From an uncultured Bacilli bacterium (GTDB taxonomy: Bacteria; Bacillota_I; Bacilli_A; RF39; UBA660), in assembly GCA_934101595.1 (NCBI GenBank), contig CAKORR010000001.1, positions 107,558 through 171,557 of the forward strand: 64,000 nucleotides of DNA. The letters run 5' to 3'. Position numbers and translations under genes: made by a program. Of this stretch, positions 20,794 to 29,514 are shown piece by piece. The notes under the pieces were generated by a model that was not told the origin of the DNA, ran no database searches, and saw only the letters and a program-made list of their open reading frames with translations. Position 1 is the first letter of the stretch, and every line of letters begins with the position of its first letter.

Positions 20794-21466
20794 CTCTAAT
20801 TATCGCATTATTAATATAACTAGCCTCATCGCTTGCTAAAAAGTAAATAACATTTGCTATTTCCTCTGGTTTTGCAAACCTTTTTAGTAAGATCTTACTT
20901 TCCTCTTCTTTTTTAAAGGACTCTAACATATTATCATTCATAGAAGTATTCACCCAACCAAGCATTAAAGCATTAACTCTTATATCGGGCGCATAATATT
21001 TAGCAAAATTCTTGGTAAGAGAATTTACGCCAGCTTTAGAGGCATCATAGTCACAACTTAATGGATAATAAGTATCCTTAGCATTAGTCGATGAAATATT
21101 AATTATTGATCCTGAAGGTAAAATATCTTTTATATATTTACACATTAAAAATGTTCCTGTTAAATTTGTATCTATAACCTTTCTAAAAACAGCTGCACTT
21201 TTAGAATTAATATCTTCGTCATAACAAATTGCAGCGTTATTTACTAAGACATCTATTCTTTCATAATCGCGTTTTATATCACTAATAAGTTTTTTTATGC
21301 ATTCTTCATCACATAGATCTAAATAATATGATTTAACATTTCGAATCCCATTATTATTTTTATAATAGGTTGTAATGACATTCCAATTATTATCTAAAAA
21401 CTTTTGAGCTGTTGCTTGAGTTATTTTTGATGATGATCCTGTTATTAATACTGTTTTCATGTTCAC
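20771..21466 (-). CDS. short-chain dehydrogenase/reductase (SDR)
   Basis: TGSSSKITQATAQKF (TGxxxGxG-like), NNAA, and YxxxK-like catalytic region (YDASKAG). Confidence 0.75.
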   Translation of the reverse strand: MNMKTVLITGSSSKITQATAQKFLDNNWNVITTYYKNNNGIRNVKSYYLDLCDEECIKKLISDIKRDYERIDVLVNNAAICYDEDINSKSAAVFRKVIDTNLTGTFLMCKYIKDILPSGSIINISSTNAKDTYYPLSCDYDASKAGVNSLTKNFAKYYAPDIRVNALMLGWVNTSMNDNMLESFKKEEESKILLKRFAKPEEIANVIYFLASDEASYINNAIIRVDGGKDE

Positions 21467-21525
21467 CTCTTAGGGTTTTATTATACCATTTATTAAAAAC
21501 TATAACAACACGAAAAAAGATAACC

Positions 21526-21681
21526 TTAATGGTTACCTTTTACTAAATCATCTGTTTTTTTTATTACATCACATAAAAGCTGATCAGCTTTTTTACTTGT
21601 TTTCTTATTCATTAAAGAGTAAGCCATCAAGCCCACTACACTTGCCGATATAGCTCCAGCCATAAATCCAATTTTTTTCAT
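21526..21681 (-). CDS. small hydrophobic protein (about 51 aa), not in the ORF track
   Basis: Minus-strand ORF MKKIGFMAGAISASVVGLMAYSLMNKKTSKKADQLLCDVIKKTDDLVKGNH, preceded by a strong GAGGTGG RBS. Confidence 0.45.
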   Translation of the reverse strand: MKKIGFMAGAISASVVGLMAYSLMNKKTSKKADQLLCDVIKKTDDLVKGNH

Positions 21682-21706
21682 TTTCCACCTCAGTATTAGT
21701 ATGGCT

Positions 21707-23902
21707 TTAATTTAAAAATCTATTCACTATTCTTTCTTTTAAGGTTGTTTTTCGATTAGTACTATAATCATTTAATACCGCACTAGTAAAAGCGTTAACA
21801 TCTCCTATAATTACAAGACTTTTTTTAGCTCTACTTACTCCTGTATAAATTAATTTATTATAAAGCATTTTTGAATACGATTTTGTAATAGGCATAATAA
21901 CGTGAGGAAATTCACTTCCTTGACTTTTATGAATAGTAATTGCATAAGCATGTTTAACATTAAACATATCTTCCTTTTTATAAATAACTTTAGTTCCTTC
22001 AAAATTAATAATTATTACATCTCTTTTACGTGGTGAAAATTCTTTTTTTATTTCCTCTATATAACCTATATCACCGTTATAAACATTGGCATCGGGATTA
22101 TTTTGGAGTTGTAAAACTTTATCTCCTTCTCTATAAGTGATGTCGCCGATTTTTATTTCCTTTTTATCTTTTTGAGGATTAAATATTTCTTGTAAAGTGA
22201 CATTTAAATTATCAATACCATTTTCTCCTTTATAAAGTGGAGCTAATATTTCTATATCATCAACACTTAAGCCCTTTTCTAGAGATAAATCACATATTTT
22301 AGCAATAGTATTTTTTATTTTTAGAGAAGGAACCTGTAAAAAATTATAATCATCTTTTTTAGAAAGTATATCTTCATCTATATTTTTTTCTTTAATATCT
22401 CTCGCTAAATACGGTATATATGAATCACTACTTTGCCTATATATTTCTTTCAAAGGACAGTACGAAAACATGTCACTATTAATTAAATCGCTAAGTATTA
22501 ATCCCGGCCCAACACTTGGTAATTGAAATGAATCCCCAACCAATACTAAAAGTACATTAGTAGTTATTCCTTTTAATAAAGATGAAAAAAGTAAAATATC
22601 TATCATTGATACTTCATCAACTATAATTAGTTTGTGATAATTTTTATTATATTCATTTATACCAAAATTATTTGTTTCTTTATTCCATTTTAAATATCTA
22701 TGAATTGTCATAGCTGGAAGAGATGTGGACATACTCATTTTTCTACTAGCCCTACCGGTCGGAGCAATAAGGGCAATGCTTTGGAAAACATCAATTGGAG
22801 ATAAATTATAAATAGAAGTATATATTTTTACAATGGCATTGATAATAGTTGTCTTTCCAGTTCCAGGACCACCACTTATGATAGTTACACGATTATTCAA
22901 AGCTTGATATATAGCATTTTTTTGCTCTTCGTTATATTTTATATGAGAACTATTCTCTATCTTTTTTATTTCTTCATCAATATTTCCTACTTTTTTTAAT
23001 GGTGTCTCAGTTATGGCATACAAATAATTTGCTATGTCAAGTTCCATTTCATAATACTCTTTTAAGTAATAATTTTCTTTTTCTAAAATTATTTTATTTT
23101 CCTCAATTAACATTTTAAGGATTTCATAAAGTGGTGAATCAGCTAGAGTAATATTAAAACTTATTGCCATTTCTTTTTTTATTTCACTAAAGCATGAATA
23201 AACATCTCCATTTTTGAAAGCTAAATATTCCATACTTTCTAAGGTACATGCTTTTAGTCTTGTTATATCTTCTTTATCATTAAATTTTGTAAAAATATCA
23301 TCTAATTTTTTAAAATCTATTATTTCTTTTAGTAGATAAATGTTACTTTTTATTATTTCTAGTGCTTCTTTATGATATTTATTATATATTTTAGTACTTT
23401 CATTCATTGAAAAACCATATTCTTTTAATTTAATGATTATATCTGAGACCGATTCATTAGCTAAGATGCTATTATATATTTTTTCAGCTTTATCTTTACT
23501 CATCCCCTTGATTTCCATAAGTCTTTCGGGATTATCTTTAATAATAGAAATAGCATCTTCTCCAAAGGCCTCAGCAATTTTTAATGCAGTTTTTTCACCG
23601 CATCCTTTAACTAAGGAACTACTTAAATACTCAACAATTGAATCAACATCACTTGGTTTTACTCTTTCATAGCTTTTAAATGAATACTGGTAACCAAATC
23701 TTTCATTATTAATATATTCTCCATATAAAATATACGTCTCTTCCATGTTTGCATCAAGTATCACACCAGTCACAGTTATAGTCTTATTTAAACTATCTTT
23801 TAATTCTATATCATTAGTTTCTTTAATACGAAAAAGAGCTACTTGAAAGCCCGATTCATTTTGATAAATTATTTTTCTTATTTTACCCTTGATGTAATCC
23901 AT
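21707..23902 (-). CDS. recD2: RecD2-like ATP-dependent DNA helicase (YrrC family)
   Basis: 731 aa. N-terminal HhH region. Walker A ISGGPGTGKTT, DEVSMID, and the C-terminal SH3-like/helicase motifs of RecD2. Confidence 0.85.
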   Translation of the reverse strand: MDYIKGKIRKIIYQNESGFQVALFRIKETNDIELKDSLNKTITVTGVILDANMEETYILYGEYINNERFGYQYSFKSYERVKPSDVDSIVEYLSSSLVKGCGEKTALKIAEAFGEDAISIIKDNPERLMEIKGMSKDKAEKIYNSILANESVSDIIIKLKEYGFSMNESTKIYNKYHKEALEIIKSNIYLLKEIIDFKKLDDIFTKFNDKEDITRLKACTLESMEYLAFKNGDVYSCFSEIKKEMAISFNITLADSPLYEILKMLIEENKIILEKENYYLKEYYEMELDIANYLYAITETPLKKVGNIDEEIKKIENSSHIKYNEEQKNAIYQALNNRVTIISGGPGTGKTTIINAIVKIYTSIYNLSPIDVFQSIALIAPTGRASRKMSMSTSLPAMTIHRYLKWNKETNNFGINEYNKNYHKLIIVDEVSMIDILLFSSLLKGITTNVLLVLVGDSFQLPSVGPGLILSDLINSDMFSYCPLKEIYRQSSDSYIPYLARDIKEKNIDEDILSKKDDYNFLQVPSLKIKNTIAKICDLSLEKGLSVDDIEILAPLYKGENGIDNLNVTLQEIFNPQKDKKEIKIGDITYREGDKVLQLQNNPDANVYNGDIGYIEEIKKEFSPRKRDVIIINFEGTKVIYKKEDMFNVKHAYAITIHKSQGSEFPHVIMPITKSYSKMLYNKLIYTGVSRAKKSLVIIGDVNAFTSAVLNDYSTNRKTTLKERIVNRFLN

Positions 23903-23910
23903 AATTTCTC

Positions 23911-24288
23911 CTATAAAAAATTTTTACTTGAATTATATAAATTAATAAGTTTATTAAATAAAATCTTATTATTTTTATTTTGTAAATATTCATTTTTAGC
24001 TGTATAAATTTTCCTTTTAATATCTGTTAATCCATTAAATTTGTTTTGATATTTAAGTTTTTCAATATCATTTTTAGAATAATGAATAAAGTTTTCATAA
24101 CGTAAAAGAGTATCATTAATTAAATTATCCAAATTATTAAATTGTTCATTTTTTAACAAAAACATAAATCCCGTATTAAATGGTTGATCATATTTTTTTA
24201 ACTTGTACATATCTAATTTTTGAAAAATGTCTATTACCCCAACAGGTTTACCATCTTTATTCTTTATTAAGTATCTCACTTTATTCAT
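23911..24288 (-). CDS. hypothetical cytoplasmic protein; candidate immunity/antitoxin partner of the upstream LXG-type protein
   Basis: 125 aa with no signal or TM. Sits immediately downstream of an LXG-like effector gene, where cognate immunity genes of polymorphic toxins usually lie. No recognisable motif. Confidence 0.35.
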   Translation of the reverse strand: MNKVRYLIKNKDGKPVGVIDIFQKLDMYKLKKYDQPFNTGFMFLLKNEQFNNLDNLINDTLLRYENFIHYSKNDIEKLKYQNKFNGLTDIKRKIYTAKNEYLQNKNNKILFNKLINLYNSSKNFL

Positions 24289-24329
24289 AAAATCATTCCT
24301 ATATCAATTATAATAAAATCAGAAAAAAA

Positions 24330-24363
24330 GTTCAATCAAAAAGGAACTAGTATTTAGTTCCTT
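24330..24363 (-). terminator. intrinsic terminator overlapping the stop codon of the 24362-25264 gene
   Basis: Minus-strand hairpin AAGGAACTA-AATAC-TAGTTCCTT followed by TTTTGATTG. Confidence 0.5.
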
Positions 24364-25264
24364 AATTATATTTTTCTATCGAAGTTATATTTCCCTTAAA
24401 TCTAGCATCGGAATTATAGTCACCGGTAGTTCCACCTTTGACTCTTATTGAATCTGGTGATGAGATATAAAACTCTACTAAATCTTTTTTAGTTCCATGA
24501 GAATGATACCAAGATCCTCCACTTGAATGAAAATTATTAGTATCGCTTCCCTTGGCGTCAACTATAATAACATCGAATTCATTTCCAGCATCGGTTTTAA
24601 CTTTAAAGGTGTCTCCCTCTGTACCATAATAAGTTCCCATTGCAACAGTATAGTATTTCTTTCCATCACCTTTATCGACATAACGCATTCCCGTATCATC
24701 AGTTTTAACATCAAAAGTTTGGCCTTCATATTTACCATATGGCATTGGTTTACCATTATTAATAGCATAAGCTGTTGTTGATTTATCTGTTACTTTCTCA
24801 TAATTAGTATATGATTTAAAAGATGTATCTCCACTTGGAACATCCATAGCGCTACCTACCGATGGTTCGGCTACATTAGTTTTTTGAGCTGCCTGTTCAC
24901 TTGCACTAGCGCCTAAAATAGCTTTAGCCGCTGCTACGCCAAATGTTAAAGGATCTTGTGAATAAACATCTTCTGCTTTTTTACCTTCAGATTCATCAAT
25001 TTTTTCTGTTTCTGTAGCTATTTCGTTTAACTTGGTTCTAACAGTTTCACCATAATTACCAAACTCTTCTACAAGGGCTACTAATTTGCTATAAGCAGTG
25101 GATATAGTGGCATTAGCAACACCTTGCAAATAGCCTTCTTCATTTATCTTATTTAGATTATTTTTATATTCAGTCAAACATGTATCAATATTATTTTTAG
25201 CTTTTTGTATTGTGCTTGCTAAGGTTTTTAATTCCTCAGGATTAACTTTTGTATAACTTGACAT
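24362..25264 (-). CDS. LXG-like N-terminal domain protein with uncharacterised C-terminal domain (candidate T7SS-type effector A)
   Basis: 300 aa with no signal peptide. N-terminal ~100 aa helical region with EEGYLQGVANATISTAYSKL (LxG + A-x-x-I-x-x-AY, like YeeF-type LXG domains). Linker ...DVYSQDPLTF.... C-terminal ~150 aa is a beta-rich D/G/K/T/Y-rich domain of unknown function, possibly 3D/YuiC-like (very uncertain). Confidence 0.5.
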   Translation of the reverse strand: MSSYTKVNPEELKTLASTIQKAKNNIDTCLTEYKNNLNKINEEGYLQGVANATISTAYSKLVALVEEFGNYGETVRTKLNEIATETEKIDESEGKKAEDVYSQDPLTFGVAAAKAILGASASEQAAQKTNVAEPSVGSAMDVPSGDTSFKSYTNYEKVTDKSTTAYAINNGKPMPYGKYEGQTFDVKTDDTGMRYVDKGDGKKYYTVAMGTYYGTEGDTFKVKTDAGNEFDVIIVDAKGSDTNNFHSSGGSWYHSHGTKKDLVEFYISSPDSIRVKGGTTGDYNSDARFKGNITSIEKYN

Positions 25265-25273
25265 AATACCTCC

Positions 25274-26167
25274 TTATTTCAAGTATTCATTAGACATTTC
25301 ATCATATTTTTGGTCTAATCGATTAGCTAAATCTTGTTTGGTTATTACCCCGTCCTTATTTAGATCTAATCCTGCATTATAATTATAATAAGACTCGCCT
25401 TTTGTTGCTAAAACATCTTTATTTGCTCTACCTGGTAAGAACATTATTGAATAAAGTGTTCCCGCATCAAGCTCTTGATCTTTATTATAATAATTGCAAT
25501 TTTTTACATATTTTTCAACTAAATCAAGTTGATCTGTTGCGGACATATTAGCTATTTCTTCAGTAGTGTAGCCTAAGCTTTTAGCTGTAGCTGGCATAAA
25601 TTGAATTAATCCTACTGCCCTAGTGCTTTTTTCAATGTGATTTGGATTTAATCCACATTCCGAATACATAATAGCTAGTAAGTCATTGGGATCACAATTA
25701 AGATTTTTAGCGACTTCTTCAACCTTAGCACTAAATCCTGGTTCAAACTTTTGATCCAAACTAGAGGCTAAATTAGCATCTATCACTGTTGTCGCAGTAT
25801 TTGAATTAGTTGTTTTAGCGTTTTCATTATAAGTAAGAGGATCCTTAGAATAGATATCCTCCTCTTTTTTCTGCTCTTCATTTTCAATCGCTTCAGTTGA
25901 CGAAACTATTTCTTTTATTTTACCATTAACAGTATCCGCATATTCTATAAAGTCATTTACCAGAGTAGTAATCCTATTATAGGCAATATTAATAGTTTCA
26001 TTAGCAATTCCTTGTAAGTAGCCATTACTACTAATACTATTTAAATTATGGCGATATTCTTCTAAATCAGATGCTAAATTATTCTTGACTGATTTAATGG
26101 AATTTGCTAAATCATTTAGCTCACTAACATTAACTTTAGTATAAGAAAAATTAGCCATTACTACCAC
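25274..26167 (-). CDS. LXG-like N-terminal domain fused to a family-1 lytic transglycosylase (SLT) domain (candidate effector B)
   Basis: 297 aa with no signal peptide. N-terminus has SNGYLQGIANETINIAYNRI. C-terminus has ...MYSECGLNP...AVGLIQFMPATAKSLGY (SLT E-S ... GLMQ...P-x-TA motif) and a Ca-loop-like DLNKDGVITKQD. Confidence 0.6.
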   Translation of the reverse strand: MVVMANFSYTKVNVSELNDLANSIKSVKNNLASDLEEYRHNLNSISSNGYLQGIANETINIAYNRITTLVNDFIEYADTVNGKIKEIVSSTEAIENEEQKKEEDIYSKDPLTYNENAKTTNSNTATTVIDANLASSLDQKFEPGFSAKVEEVAKNLNCDPNDLLAIMYSECGLNPNHIEKSTRAVGLIQFMPATAKSLGYTTEEIANMSATDQLDLVEKYVKNCNYYNKDQELDAGTLYSIMFLPGRANKDVLATKGESYYNYNAGLDLNKDGVITKQDLANRLDQKYDEMSNEYLK

Positions 26168-26451
26168 CTTGTGGCATTACTATCTTCTATTGCTCTTCTA
26201 TACAAAGCATAAGCATGTCTTGAAAGTACATTATTAAAGCTCTTTAACCATAGGCTACTACTTCTCATTTTGCCAGCATATCCAACTAGAGCTGACTTAT
26301 ATGCGGTAGCATCTACACCAACCCAACTTCTAGTATTATTAATAGCATTTAATAAATCATTGATTGTACTATTCATATCATCTAATAAAGAATCCATTTT
26401 TGCAATAGATGCTTTTACACTTTCATAATCAGCTGCGACTACATTCGCCAT
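26161..26451 (-). CDS. WXG100-family protein (EsxA/YukE-like)
   Basis: 96 aa. Two predicted helices with a central SWVGVDATAYKSAL (W-x-G at residues 43-45). Overlaps the start of the downstream gene by 7 nt (translational coupling). Confidence 0.75.
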   Translation of the reverse strand: MANVVAADYESVKASIAKMDSLLDDMNSTINDLLNAINNTRSWVGVDATAYKSALVGYAGKMRSSSLWLKSFNNVLSRHAYALYRRAIEDSNATRW

Positions 26452-26460
26452 TATATCACC

Positions 26461-26796
26461 CTATCCGTTAAAGTTTGTTGGATCAACACTTAATAAGTCA
26501 TTGTATTCTTTATTAAATTCTGATTCAATAGATTTTTCATCACTAATTATTCCATTAATATCATTTGCTACATTTCCACAATAATTATCAAATTTTTCAT
26601 AAACTTGTTTAATTTTAGTCATGTTATTATCAAAAGCCTCTAAAGCTGAACCTTCAATTTGTCCGGAATTAGCAAGCATTTGCATTGCACTAGAAAATGC
26701 ATTTAATGCATTTCCACAAACTCTTTGAGCTGTTTGCATACTTTTTAAAATATCGTTTAACTGATTTGTGTTAACTTGAGTATAACTATTATTCAT
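26461..26796 (-). CDS. stand-alone short LXG-like domain protein (truncated effector N-terminus?)
   Basis: 111 aa, MNNSYTQVNTNQLNDILKSMQ...NSGQIEGSALEAF.... Homologous to the N-termini of the 24362 and 25274 proteins. Ends ...SVDPTNFNG, right at the linker where the paralogs continue into cargo domains. Confidence 0.5.
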   Translation of the reverse strand: MNNSYTQVNTNQLNDILKSMQTAQRVCGNALNAFSSAMQMLANSGQIEGSALEAFDNNMTKIKQVYEKFDNYCGNVANDINGIISDEKSIESEFNKEYNDLLSVDPTNFNG

Positions 26797-26807
26797 TAAT
26801 ATTCCTC

Positions 26808-27101
26808 CTAATCAAAAATTCTAGCATTTCTGTCGCTTTGAGCTCTTTCATATAGTCTCTCGGCATGACTAATTGCTTGGTTCCCTGCAGCTTCCATCCA
26901 TGCTGCACTATTTTTTAATTTTTGGCAAAAATCTAAAAGTGCTGATTTATGAGCAGTTGCATCTACTCCTTGCCATTCTGTAGCATTATTAATTGCACTT
27001 TCTAAGTTGGAAAGTGCTCTAATCATTTCACCTCTTGAAGATGAAGTTTGGTTAATTCTTGATTTAACCAATTCAAAATTTGTTGCAATATTTGAATTCA
27101 T
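26808..27101 (-). CDS. WXG100-family protein (EsxA/YukE-like)
   Basis: 97 aa with a central EWQGVDATAHKSAL (W-x-G at residues 43-45). Paralog of the 26161-26451 protein. Confidence 0.75.
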   Translation of the reverse strand: MNSNIATNFELVKSRINQTSSSRGEMIRALSNLESAINNATEWQGVDATAHKSALLDFCQKLKNSAAWMEAAGNQAISHAERLYERAQSDRNARIFD

Positions 27102-27124
27102 TTCCCATTCTCCTTATCATTCTA

Positions 27125-27153
27125 AATATATAAAAAATATTCTTCAATGTCAA
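27125..27153 (-). promoter_or_regulatory. candidate sigma-A promoter of the WXG100/LXG operon 1 (TTGACA-17nt-TATATT)
   Basis: TTGACA is the reverse complement of 27148-27153. A 17-nt spacer follows, then TATATT (reverse complement of 27125-27130), about 20 nt upstream of the 26808-27101 start. Confidence 0.45.
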
Positions 27154-27164
27154 TTTAACATATG

Positions 27165-27191
27165 AATGTTTACACTATGCATGTAAACATT
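27165..27191. repeat. perfect 10-bp inverted repeat AATGTTTACA-N7-TGTAAACATT just upstream of the operon-1 -35 box
   Basis: Read directly from the sequence. It has no following U-run on the minus strand, so it is not a classical terminator. It overlaps the stop codon of the 27190-28587 gene. Candidate operator. Confidence 0.5.
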
Positions 27192-28587
27192 AATACTTCG
27201 ATAAAATAGTTCTAAAAGTCTTATCTCCTCTTGGTAAAGCATCAGTAATTCCATGATCAAACAATCCTGAATACCCGCCACCTCTAAATGATCCACCTCG
27301 TTTAATCCATGGAAAACTTGAGGTAGCAAAATAAGATAAGTTACCATACCAAGATTGATATTCAGTAGTATTTGCTTTAGTTTCAAAAGTAGCATCACCC
27401 AAATATCCACGGGTATGATCGAGCATTGCTCCATTATTGTACAATGTATAATACCTCGTTTCTTTAGGAAGTGAACCATTATATCCACCAATATTATCTG
27501 GAAGATTAGGACCACTAATAAGTCCCATTACACACTCCCAAGAACCACCTACCAAATCGTAAATACCATAGATATTACCTGTTGAAGAAGCACCTGTACC
27601 ATAAATTGAAACATCATATTGGTATCTACAATTTGCACTACCTCCAGTTGACACGGTACCAGCTGAACAACCAGTTAATTGATTATCCCAATTATCACTT
27701 CCCATGGCATTATTGATATAAACTCTTTTTACTTTAAAATCATTATTACCAGGTTTTCCATAATTGCTATAAGTAAAATAAGCAATAGCTCCCCATTCCA
27801 TATTTGTTATTATACGTGATGGAGTATCCAGTCCATAACTATCTTTAATCCCTGTTGCGTATTTCCACATAGTAGCCATATTAATGCTTGCTATAGGCTT
27901 TTTATTAGGAACAAGTCTTACTAAATTATTTTCAAGACTTGGTTCAAATTTAGCAATCCAAAAGCCATCTAATTCATAAGTATCTCCGCTTTTATATTGA
28001 GCGGTAAATGCTGGATGTGTATAGTATTCTCCATTTTTTATGGTAGTTTTCTTCGGCGTTGTTTTAGATACTATATTAATTTCAATAATTTGCTCTTTAA
28101 CAAGCTTTTTATCTACATTAAATAATTTGTACTCAAAACGCGGAATCCATACAAAAAAGCCTAAAATTTCATCTAAATTTATTATTTCACCAGGAAGAGC
28201 ATTAGAATATTTTTCGCGATACTCTTCTTTAGCTATTACTACATTAGCCCACCATTCTTTAGAATAATCGTACCATTTTTCTAAAGGATCAGCTTTTTTC
28301 CACGTTTTCTCTTCGAAATCATAATAAACCGGAATCATTGTATTATCAACTAATGGATCACTACCGTTAAGTGTCGGATCACTATACATAGATACAACTG
28401 GTTCATGATTTGGCTTCGCCTTTTCTTTTTCAAAAACATCAACACTTTTATACATAATATGTACATTTGGAAAGAATAATAAACCAAGCGAAATTAGAAT
28501 AAAAAATAAACTTAAATAGGTGATTTTTAACCATACATTTTTACCACTCATGCTTAACACCTTACTATCATTACTATGGTAACACAT
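27190..28587 (-). CDS. membrane-anchored protein with SUMF1/FGE-like (formylglycine-generating-enzyme family) C-terminal domain
   Basis: 465 aa with an N-terminal TM helix. C-terminal region has NMEWGAIAYF, VGGSWECV and WIKRGGSFRGG, reminiscent of FGE-sulfatase (DUF323) RGGSW motifs. Assignment is tentative. Confidence 0.4.
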   Translation of the reverse strand: MCYHSNDSKVLSMSGKNVWLKITYLSLFFILISLGLLFFPNVHIMYKSVDVFEKEKAKPNHEPVVSMYSDPTLNGSDPLVDNTMIPVYYDFEEKTWKKADPLEKWYDYSKEWWANVVIAKEEYREKYSNALPGEIINLDEILGFFVWIPRFEYKLFNVDKKLVKEQIIEINIVSKTTPKKTTIKNGEYYTHPAFTAQYKSGDTYELDGFWIAKFEPSLENNLVRLVPNKKPIASINMATMWKYATGIKDSYGLDTPSRIITNMEWGAIAYFTYSNYGKPGNNDFKVKRVYINNAMGSDNWDNQLTGCSAGTVSTGGSANCRYQYDVSIYGTGASSTGNIYGIYDLVGGSWECVMGLISGPNLPDNIGGYNGSLPKETRYYTLYNNGAMLDHTRGYLGDATFETKANTTEYQSWYGNLSYFATSSFPWIKRGGSFRGGGYSGLFDHGITDALPRGDKTFRTILSKY

Positions 28588-28629
28588 TATTTATTTTTTG
28601 TAAATAAATACAAAAAATAGCAAATACTG

Positions 28630-29499
28630 CTATTTATTTATTGTATCAATTTTTATATTTGATTTAGTTCCATCAGGAATTTTTAATTCTCCATAATTAG
28701 AATTACCAGTGCTTGCTGATAAAGTAGTTAAATCAAGTAAATTGATAATCTTTATCAAATCATCTAAAATATCAGCGCCTGCAGTAGCCTCTCCAGTATC
28801 AAATAAAGCAAACCTCATTAATTTATTGCTGCTGATAGGCACAAATATAATTACAGCTTCATTGGATTCAAATATTCCAAACTCTTTTCCTTTATAACTA
28901 CATTTTTCATATTCCAATTCCGTAAAGCCTTGAGAAGCAAAGTTTTGCATAAGCTCTTCATAATTATTGTCTACGTCATCCAAAGTTCCATTTAATATAA
29001 GAGTTGAATATGCAATCTTAATGAAATTTGAATAAATAATTAAATTATTATCTTTTACTGCAAATTCATAATCACTACTTTTTTTAAATTTGTAACCATT
29101 ATATATTTCATAATCACTACCTTTATCATCATTATCATTTTTTATATTATTTATGGAATCGTTTTTATTATCTTTATTTTTACCATTATCCTTTTTATTT
29201 TCATCTATTTTAACTGGAGTATCAGAATTTCTTTTGTTTCCAAAGTTATCAATAACTAATTTAGCCGAAACCACTCCAATTAAGATTAATAACAAAACAA
29301 TAATTATAATAAAAATAACATTACTATTTTTCTTATTATTTTGTGGGACGTTATTCACCACATTATTAATAGGAGTCTCATTATTTACAGGAGGTGTAGG
29401 ATTATTAATAGCAGGTTTGTCACTAACGACACTAGCTCCACAATTCGTGCAAAATTTCGCATCTTTATTTAACTCACTTCCACAATATTTACAATACAT
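28630..29499 (-). CDS. zinc-ribbon membrane protein (N-terminal CxxC...CxxC, one TM, extracellular domain)
   Basis: MYCKYCGSELNKDAKFCTNCG zinc ribbon, then a P/N-rich linker, a TM helix, and an N/K/D-rich exodomain. Confidence 0.5.
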   Translation of the reverse strand: MYCKYCGSELNKDAKFCTNCGASVVSDKPAINNPTPPVNNETPINNVVNNVPQNNKKNSNVIFIIIIVLLLILIGVVSAKLVIDNFGNKRNSDTPVKIDENKKDNGKNKDNKNDSINNIKNDNDDKGSDYEIYNGYKFKKSSDYEFAVKDNNLIIYSNFIKIAYSTLILNGTLDDVDNNYEELMQNFASQGFTELEYEKCSYKGKEFGIFESNEAVIIFVPISSNKLMRFALFDTGEATAGADILDDLIKIINLLDLTTLSASTGNSNYGELKIPDGTKSNIKIDTINK

Positions 29500-29514
29500 A
29501 ATTAATCCTCTTTT

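Noticed and set aside
27150-27515. 121-aa minus-strand ORF overlapping the 3' end of the FGE-like gene
   Set aside because: Alternative frame inside a longer, better-supported ORF. No RBS and hydrophobic nonsense composition.
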